This document shows, in pieces, positions 57,614-64,000 of a stretch of 64,000 nucleotides of DNA; the first letter of the stretch is position 1; the number at the start of each line of letters is the position of its first letter. The position numbers and the translations under genes are program-made. The stretch covers positions 896,001 to 960,000 of the forward strand of contig OZ253564.1 in assembly GCA_965262915.1 (NCBI GenBank), in the 5' to 3' direction. This DNA is from Candidatus Spongiisociaceae bacterium. GTDB taxonomy: Bacteria > Actinomycetota > Acidimicrobiia > Spongiisociales > Spongiisociaceae. The notes beneath the pieces were generated by a model. That model was not told the origin of the DNA. It made no database searches and worked only from the letters and a program-made list of their open reading frames with translations.

Positions 57614-58663
57614 GTGGGAACACAGTCAATGGGGGTGGGTATTCTTGGCGCGGGGGAGGTCGCGAGTCAATATGTGCGGAACTTGGTGGCTAGCGATGAG
57701 ATTGAACTGATCGGTGTTGGCGACCTAAACTACCGCGCGGCTGAGCAGTTGGCTCAGAAGTATCACATCCCTAAGGTGTTCTCTGGTGAAGATATCCTTG
57801 GCTGCAAGGAGATCGAGCTTGTCGTCAATCTTACGCCTATTCAATCTCACTTCGAGACAAATCTACGTATCTTAGAATCCGGAAAGCATGTCTATAGCGA
57901 GAAACCTCTTGCGTTAACTACAAGGAGTTCCGCCGCATTGCTGGCGACCGCGGAGCAATCAGGGTTGAGCGTCGGTTGCGCACCGGACACAGTACTCGGT
58001 CCCGGGTTCCAAGCCGGTCGCCGAGCAATAGATCGGGGCTTAATCGGTAAGCCTCTTTTGGGGTTTGCCTCCATGTTGCGGCCTTTACCTGTGCTCGAAC
58101 GAAACCGCACCGGAGCGATTCCGCTCTTTGACATGGCGCCATATTATCTTTCCGCGCTTGTAAATCTCTTTGGTTCTGCCACATGGGTGTCGGGGATCAC
58201 GCGACTTTCTTCTGTCGCACCACGGACGGATCAGTCGGCGATTTTTACTTCCTGCAGTATAAGGTTTATGGACGATGTTCTGTGCACACTAACGCTACGC
58301 TGGGGTGACACGCCTTCAGACGAAGTTCCGATTCTGCAAATATTCGGTACCCAGGGGGTGCTCTGCCTGCCCAATCCCGACACGTTCTCGGCTTTTGCTC
58401 GCTGGCGGAGGCATGGCGAACTCTCTTGGCATCGGGTCGCGGAAGCGCACGGACATGGTAATGATACTCCGAATCTACGCGGGATCGGAGTCGCAGATAT
58501 GGCGCAGGCTATACGTCAGGGGAGGACTCCGCGTTCGGCGCCCGATGTCGCCCTTCATGTAGTCGAAATTCTTGAAACGTTGAGTCTGACTGACCCTAGT
58601 ACCGATGGTGTGGGCGGTCGCCTACAAACGGCTTGCAGCAAGCCAAGCCTGTTGCGGTCCTGA
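57614..58663 (+). CDS. Gfo/Idh/MocA family oxidoreductase
   Basis: GILGAG, NLTP...H, GKHVYSEKPLA, APDT.LG, D.APYY, A.HV.E. Confidence 0.92.
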   Translation: MGTQSMGVGILGAGEVASQYVRNLVASDEIELIGVGDLNYRAAEQLAQKYHIPKVFSGEDILGCKEIELVVNLTPIQSHFETNLRILESGKHVYSEKPLALTTRSSAALLATAEQSGLSVGCAPDTVLGPGFQAGRRAIDRGLIGKPLLGFASMLRPLPVLERNRTGAIPLFDMAPYYLSALVNLFGSATWVSGITRLSSVAPRTDQSAIFTSCSIRFMDDVLCTLTLRWGDTPSDEVPILQIFGTQGVLCLPNPDTFSAFARWRRHGELSWHRVAEAHGHGNDTPNLRGIGVADMAQAIRQGRTPRSAPDVALHVVEILETLSLTDPSTDGVGGRLQTACSKPSLLRS

Positions 58664-58708
58664 ATGCGGGTTGAGGTCGGTGGAAATCGCGACAGAGGAA
58701 CTTCTTCG

Positions 58709-58900
58709 ATGGGAGATTGGTTGAGGGTGGGCTGTGTTCGTGAGGCATGGCGTCGTTTCAATATTTCTGAAGATACAGTGCTGTCAGAGATAGCACTGGC
58801 GGGTTACGAGGGAATTCCGCTCGCGCTCGCGAGGTACGAGCAGGCAGATCAAGAACGTCATCGATCCCTGGGCGAATCAGAGCCGTCGGACACGTTTCTG
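58709..58900 (+). pseudogene. Possible N-terminal relic of a sugar-phosphate isomerase/epimerase (IolE-like)
   Basis: W......VLSEIALAGYEG motif, then similarity is lost. Confidence 0.45.
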
Positions 58901-59046
58901 AACTCGACGATGGGAGGGAGAGGATCGCAAAGACGAGCCAGATGCAAGGGATATATCATATGTGGCCGGAGAGTACGACGGGTTCCGGAGAATCCGCAGC
59001 AGTCGGGCCGCGTGGCGGCGTCGGCCGCTCGGAAGGAGAGAGCACA

Positions 59047-60315
59047 ATGAGCGATCAGATGGGGTTCAGCGAGTTCCCTGTGGCGACCAGCCCCTCTCCG
59101 GGGGTCATGGCCGTCGACTGGGAAGAACGCGTCAACTACGAACGGCTTCGCTCCTACCGGCTCGACCGTGTACGAAAGGCACTCGATGCCTCCGAGCTCG
59201 GGGCCTTACTCGTCTTCGATACCGCCAACATCCGCTATCTGACGGCGACGCACATCGGGTATTGGGCTTTCAACAAGATGGAGCGATGGGGACTCATCAC
59301 CCGCAACGGCGATCCGTGGATCTGGGACTTCGGTTCGGCGGCAAGGGTGCACAAACTGCAGGCGCCGTGGCTCAACCCCGAGCAATCCATCGGTGGCAAC
59401 ACCGGACTTGCCGGGTCCATCGCCCCCACGTCGGGCCTGGTGACGCGGGCCGCTGAGGAGATCAAAGGCGTTCTCGAAGATGAGGGAGTCGCCGAGATGC
59501 CACTCGGCGTTGACATGGCCGAGACCGAGATGTTCCTTGAGTTGACCAGGGCCGGGATCGACGTGCGCAACGGGCAGCAAACCATGCTCAAGGCCCGTGA
59601 GATCAAGTCGGAGGATGAGCTGATGCTGCTGACGCAGGCATCGGCGATGGTCGACGGCGTTTACCAGGACATCTACGAAGCCCTCAAGCCTGGGGTTCGG
59701 GAAAGCGATATCGTCGCATTGGCCATCGCTCGTCTGCACGAGATGGGCTCGGAGCAGGTTGAGGCCGTCAACTCGATCGCTGGAGAGCGCTGCAGCCCTC
59801 ACCCGCACGTATTCTCCGATCGGCTCATCCGCCCTGGGGACACCGCCTACTTCGACATCATCCACTCGTTCAACGGATATCGCACGTGCTACTACCGCAC
59901 CTTTGCGGTCGGCAGGGCAACCCAGGCCCAGCGCGACGCGTACAAACAGGCCCGGGAGTGGATGGACGTTGCTCTCGCCATGGTGAAGCCCGGCGTGACG
60001 ACGGACGAGATTGCCAAGCTGTGGCCCAAGGCCGAGGAGTTCGGCTTTCAGAACGAGATGGAGGCCTTCGGCCTGCAGTTCGGTCACGGAGTCGGCGTAG
60101 CGGTCCACGAGCGACCGGTTATCAGCCGGCTCAACTCGCTCGACGACCCCATCGAGCTGCAGGAGGGCATGTTCTTCGCACTGGAGACATTCTGTCCCGC
60201 GGCCGATGGACGCTCGGCGGCCCGCATCGAGGAGCAGGTGATCTGCACGCCCGAAGGACCCAAGGTCGTAACCCTGTTCCCCGCAGAGGAGTTGATGGTT
60301 GCCAACGCGTACTAG
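59047..60315 (+). CDS. M24 (Xaa-Pro peptidase/creatinase fold) protein
   Basis: NIRYLT, R.IKS..E, YFDI, GYRTCYYRT, GHGVG...HE.P, LET, RIEE. Confidence 0.92.
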   Translation: MSDQMGFSEFPVATSPSPGVMAVDWEERVNYERLRSYRLDRVRKALDASELGALLVFDTANIRYLTATHIGYWAFNKMERWGLITRNGDPWIWDFGSAARVHKLQAPWLNPEQSIGGNTGLAGSIAPTSGLVTRAAEEIKGVLEDEGVAEMPLGVDMAETEMFLELTRAGIDVRNGQQTMLKAREIKSEDELMLLTQASAMVDGVYQDIYEALKPGVRESDIVALAIARLHEMGSEQVEAVNSIAGERCSPHPHVFSDRLIRPGDTAYFDIIHSFNGYRTCYYRTFAVGRATQAQRDAYKQAREWMDVALAMVKPGVTTDEIAKLWPKAEEFGFQNEMEAFGLQFGHGVGVAVHERPVISRLNSLDDPIELQEGMFFALETFCPAADGRSAARIEEQVICTPEGPKVVTLFPAEELMVANAY

Positions 60316-60344
60316 ACAACCCACGTTCCGACCGAAAGGCATGG

Positions 60345-60542
60345 ATGACCACGGGGCCGACCGCCGCCATCGACGAGCAAACCCAGATGAGGCCATACCG
60401 CATGATGGTGGAGGCGCGCGGCCTGGAGCAGCGTGCGTGCGACCTGTTCATGCAGGGGCTCGTCAAGTGGGAGGGGCTCCGGTGTGCGCTCGAAGAGATG
60501 ACGGAGCCCCGCATCTTCATCTTCTCGGACGTCCGACGATGA
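60345..60542 (+). pseudogene. Deletion scar fusing the N-termini of an E1 alpha and an E1 beta gene
   Basis: YRMMVEARGLEQRACDLFMQGLVK (alpha start) joined to WEGLRCALEEMTEPRIFIFSDV (beta start). Confidence 0.7.
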
Positions 60543-60570
60543 TCGGTCTACCGAGTTGGGGTGACTCTGC

Positions 60571-61461
60571 ATGGCAATGAACGTCGCCTTCTTGGGCGTG
60601 GGCACCATGGGCAGTCGCATGGCCGGCAACCTCGTGGACGCCGGTCACCGGTTGGCGGTCTACAACCGCACGGCTGCCAAGGCCGAGGAGTTCGCCGCCG
60701 TCCACGACGCGGCCCACGCGAGTTCGCCTGCGGCAGCAGCAGCACAGGCCGAGGTGCTCATCACTATGGTGTCCGACGCTTCGGCCGTGAACGAGCTCTA
60801 CGACGGGGAGGCTGGCGCATTGGTCGGCTTGCAGCCCGGGGCGCTCTGTATCGACATGAGCACCATCGCTCCCTCGGATGTGGAGGTTCTCGCGACAAAG
60901 GCGGCAAGCCGCGGCGCGGCCTTCGTTGATGCACCCGTCTCGGGCAGCGTCGCGCTGGCGGAGGCCGGCACACTCACCATCATGGCCGGGGGAGATGCTC
61001 CCGAGGTCGAGCGCGCTCGACCTTTGTTCGAGGCGATGGGCTCGAAGCTGTATCACGTCGGGCCGCTAGGTAGTGGCGCCACCATCAAACTGGCGGTCAA
61101 TTCGATCATCTATGGGTTGAGTGAGGCACTGTCGGAGGCCCTGGTCCTTGCCGAGCGCGCAGGAATGACGCGGGAGATGGCGTACGAGGTCTTCGCCAAC
61201 AGCGCCATCGCGGCTCCATTCGTGCAATATCGGCGCGAGGCGTTCGAACATCCAGGGACCGTGCCTGTGGCGTTTCGCCTCGTGCTCGCCCGGAAGGATC
61301 TCCGGCTGGCTCTCGATCTCGCAGAGAGCTTGGGCATGGACATGGCGCAGGCCAGAGTCAACCTCGAGGTCACCGAGGCCGCCATCGCCGGAGGCTACGG
61401 CGACCACGACATGTCCGCGGTGGCGGAGTATCTGCGGCACCACAGCCAGGAGGTCGATTGA
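60571..61461 (+). CDS. Beta-hydroxyacid dehydrogenase (3-hydroxyisobutyrate dehydrogenase family)
   Basis: [32 protein letters not shown]. Confidence 0.95.
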   Translation: MAMNVAFLGVGTMGSRMAGNLVDAGHRLAVYNRTAAKAEEFAAVHDAAHASSPAAAAAQAEVLITMVSDASAVNELYDGEAGALVGLQPGALCIDMSTIAPSDVEVLATKAASRGAAFVDAPVSGSVALAEAGTLTIMAGGDAPEVERARPLFEAMGSKLYHVGPLGSGATIKLAVNSIIYGLSEALSEALVLAERAGMTREMAYEVFANSAIAAPFVQYRREAFEHPGTVPVAFRLVLARKDLRLALDLAESLGMDMAQARVNLEVTEAAIAGGYGDHDMSAVAEYLRHHSQEVD

Positions 61462-62475
61462 ACGCCGTGCGCACGCTCCCACTCAGCGACATCCGCGTTA
61501 TCGACGCTGCCAACGTTATCGACGCTGCCAACGTGATCGGCGGCCCGAGCGCCGCCGCTCGACTGGGGGACTTTGGCGCCGAGGTGGTCAAGATCGAGCA
61601 TCCCAGCCTTGGAGGTCCAACCCGGCGGATGGGCTGGGAGGTGATGGCACCGCAATGTGGTGGCGGTCGCTCTCGAGGAACAAGCGGCCGGTGACCTCAA
61701 CCTCGGCCACCCCGAAGACCCAGATACCTTGTTGAGGCTCGCAGATACAGCGGACGTGGTCGTCGAATCGTTCCGGCCGGGGACGCTGGAGAAATGGTAG
61801 ATTGGTCCTGACCGGCTTCCCGACCGCAACCTGCGTTTGGTAATCTTGCGCATCTCTGGATTTGGCCAGACGGGCCCATATCGCCGCCCCCTCGGCTTCG
61901 GTACCCTTGCCGAGGCCATGTCCCGGTTCGTGCACACGAAAGGCGTTCCCGATGAGCCCCCGCTGTTACCGGCAATAGCGCTCGCGGATGACATGTTTCG
62001 CTGCAGCGACGGACAATGGATCGCCATCTCCGGCATTGCTCAGTCGATCGTGGAGCGTATCTTCAAAGCCATCGGCCAGCCCGAACTTGCTCAGGACCCG
62101 AGGTTCGTCACCAACGAACGTCGATTGGAGAACTCCGAGGAGCTCGATGGTTGCATCCAGGCCTGGATCAGCAACCGCCCCCTCTCCGAGGTGATAGACG
62201 TCTTCGAACGCCACGAGGTTGCGGCGGCTCCCGTGTGCGACATCCGCATGATCCTCGAGGACGAGCAGCATCGGGAGCGCAACACATTGGTCCGGGTGCC
62301 CGACGAAGACCGCGAGAGCATTCTGCTGCCCGATGTCCAGCCTCGTCTTTCCGTCTCGCCCGGAGAGTTGCGCCACTCCGGCGGCAACCGCGGGTCGGCC
62401 AACAAGGACGTATATGGGGAGCTCGGGATCACAGCGGAGCACCACCTCCGCTTGCACGACGCGGGCGTTGTCTGA
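61458..62475 (+). pseudogene. CaiB/BaiF family III CoA-transferase pseudogene
   Basis: PL..IRVID, GP.A...L.D.GAEV.KIE.P, ADVVVESFRPG, SGFGQTGPY; frameshift, TAG at 61798, internal deletion near 61990, 18-bp tandem duplication. Confidence 0.88.
61496..61531 (+). repeat. 18-bp tandem duplication CGTTATCGACGCTGCCAA x2
   Basis: Gives [12 protein letters not shown] in the CoA-transferase pseudogene. Confidence 0.9.
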
Positions 62476-62963
62476 TGGCAACGGTCGGCGCCATCCACGG
62501 TGTCTGGCATTTCAGTTTTACCGTGTCCGACATGGATCGCTCTCTCGAGTTCTACGTGGGATTGCTCTCGTTCGAGCTGGTCCATCGTCAGGTTCAAGAC
62601 AACCCGTACACGCGACGCCTGGTCGGCTATCCGGACGCCCGGCTCGTCGTTGCCCAGTTGGCGGTGCCCGGCCAGCCGCGTCACCTCTCTACGCACGACC
62701 TCGAGCTCGTGCAGTACGTGAGGCCGTTGGGACAGCGAGGGGACTTCAGCATTGCCAATCCTGGCGCCGCCCACCTAGCGGTGACGGTCGACGACATTGA
62801 TGGGTGGTACGAGCGACTGAGCGCCGCGGGTGTCTCCTTCTTCTCAGAGCCGAACCGCATCATGGCGGGCGTCAACGAGGGCGGTTATGCAGTCTACTTC
62901 CACGATCCAGACCAGATCGTCCTGGAGTTGCTGCAACCGCCACCGGGACGGCTCTCGCAATAG
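62475..62963 (+). CDS. VOC (glyoxalase-like) family protein
   Basis: H.SFTVSD..RS..FY, LELVQY, HLA..VDD, YF.DPD...LEL; TGATG coupling. Confidence 0.92.
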   Translation: MATVGAIHGVWHFSFTVSDMDRSLEFYVGLLSFELVHRQVQDNPYTRRLVGYPDARLVVAQLAVPGQPRHLSTHDLELVQYVRPLGQRGDFSIANPGAAHLAVTVDDIDGWYERLSAAGVSFFSEPNRIMAGVNEGGYAVYFHDPDQIVLELLQPPPGRLSQ

Positions 62964-63085
62964 GGGGAATAGGGGGAGGTGTGGTTGAAGCGGGCATCAC
63001 ATTTCCCATAGGATATATCTTTGTGAGGGGAGCCCTCCTTCAGGTCGCCGCCCCTGCACGGAACCAGACTGGTAGGAGGCTCAAC

Positions 63086-63232
63086 ATGCACAAGAGGTGG
63101 GTGACCCTGATCGGGCTGCTCGCTGCGCTGCTTGCCCGCCACCCTGTCGTGGAATTGTTCGTCAATCAAAGTGAGCTGCGAGATCGACTCCGCGAAAGGC
63201 GACGACGACGCGCTCAGGCCACCCTCACCTAA
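63086..63232 (+). pseudogene. Possible orphan signal-peptide remnant of a deleted secreted or binding protein
   Basis: GGAGG RBS plus MHKRWVTLIGLLAALLA, then nothing recognisable. Confidence 0.35.
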
Positions 63233-63241
63233 GGACAGATC

Positions 63242-64000
63242 ATGCGAATCCGCAACTACGAAACCGGTCCGTTCACCGCTCAACGCGTGAGGGGAGGCGC
63301 CGGCGAGGTTGGGATGCTTCACGTGCTGGACCGATCGGACTTCGAGACCTCGTTCGCGTTCATCAAGGCGGGCCGCCTCGGTCCCGGAGTCAGCGTCGGC
63401 CTCCATCGCCACGAACGGTCCGAGGAATGCCTACTAGTGCTCGACGGTCCGTTGACAGTGGCGCACAACGAGCACTTCGGAGTCGTCGAGCCACCCTCGA
63501 TCGCGCTGTGCCGGGCCGGCGACGCCCACGGTATCCTCAATCACACCAACCGCTCGGCCAGCTTCATCGGGATCGGTGTGGCTCCGCAGGATGGACCGTT
63601 CGACGCGGTGCAGCTGGACGATGATCTCACCGGCCGGGAGCCCTACGATGGTGAGCTTGAGCTTGTCCAACGTCTCGATCCGGCTTTGCTCTCGCCTGGG
63701 CGCCCCCATCTCGGCCTGGGGGAGATCCTCTTTCGACGCGTCTTCGACCACGACGTGTTCACGACGAATTGGGGTTTCGTCGACCACGCTTTCATGCCTC
63801 CCGGCACCTCCGTCGGCTATCACCGTCACGACACCATCCAGGAGTGCTACGTGATCATCGGCGGTCGGGGGCGGATGAAAGTCGACGGTGAGGTCGGCGA
63901 CGTGACCAAAGGTGACTGCATCCCAAATCGGATCGGAGGTTCGCACGGGATCATCAACCACACAGACGCCCCTTTGGAGTACCTCAACATCGCCGTGTGC
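63242..64000 (+). CDS. Bicupin protein (3'-truncated; absent from ORF track because there is no stop in the window)
   Basis: Manual translation from ATG 63242: GLHRHERSEE...GDAHGI and GYHRHDTIQE...GGSHGI, two cupin motif pairs; AAGGA RBS. Confidence 0.88.
   Translation, partial: MRIRNYETGPFTAQRVRGGAGEVGMLHVLDRSDFETSFAFIKAGRLGPGVSVGLHRHERSEECLLVLDGPLTVAHNEHFGVVEPPSIALCRAGDAHGILNHTNRSASFIGIGVAPQDGPFDAVQLDDDLTGREPYDGELELVQRLDPALLSPGRPHLGLGEILFRRVFDHDVFTTNWGFVDHAFMPPGTSVGYHRHDTIQECYVIIGGRGRMKVDGEVGDVTKGDCIPNRIGGSHGIINHTDAPLEYLNIAVC

Noticed and set aside
1-64000. CRISPR arrays, tRNA/rRNA, phage structural or anti-phage defence genes
   Set aside because: No repeat-spacer pattern, RNA gene signature or matching protein motif seen by eye.

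Overview
High-GC bacterial DNA, probably actinobacterial and Acidimicrobiia-like (inferred only from the Thr/Ala/Pro-stalked lipoproteins and the gene content). It is almost entirely accessory catabolic genes; I saw no rRNA, tRNA or CRISPR array. Three blocks are visible. (1) A candidate GntR regulon split into two halves, about 0.3-16 kb and 37.3-52.6 kb, both carrying a TGYATAC-N-GTATRCA palindrome. It contains an amidohydrolase, an MBL hydrolase, a rhodanese, hydantoinase/oxoprolinase A+B, two tandem E1 alpha/beta pairs with no E2/E3, an orphan Mo-hydroxylase large subunit, an MDR dehydrogenase, an MFS transporter, a NitT/TauT ABC system whose binding protein is a near-identical tandem duplication, two LLM oxidoreductases, OsmC, a Cys-less nitrilase with a C-terminal tail, and an amidase. 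(2) A visibly more AT-rich insert of about 21 kb (16.0-37.3 kb) bracketed by a 21-bp direct repeat that lies in the 3' end of the MDR gene. It carries a sugar-type ABC system, CocE, an intact ISL3, a dimethylformamidase-like gene, a D-threonine-aldolase-like gene, IS3 remnants and a second hydantoinase operon. (3) An eroding region at 52.7-64 kb with an integrase relic, an ATPase-less ABC system and several deletion-scarred pseudogenes. All family assignments come from motif recognition by eye; no database searches were run.
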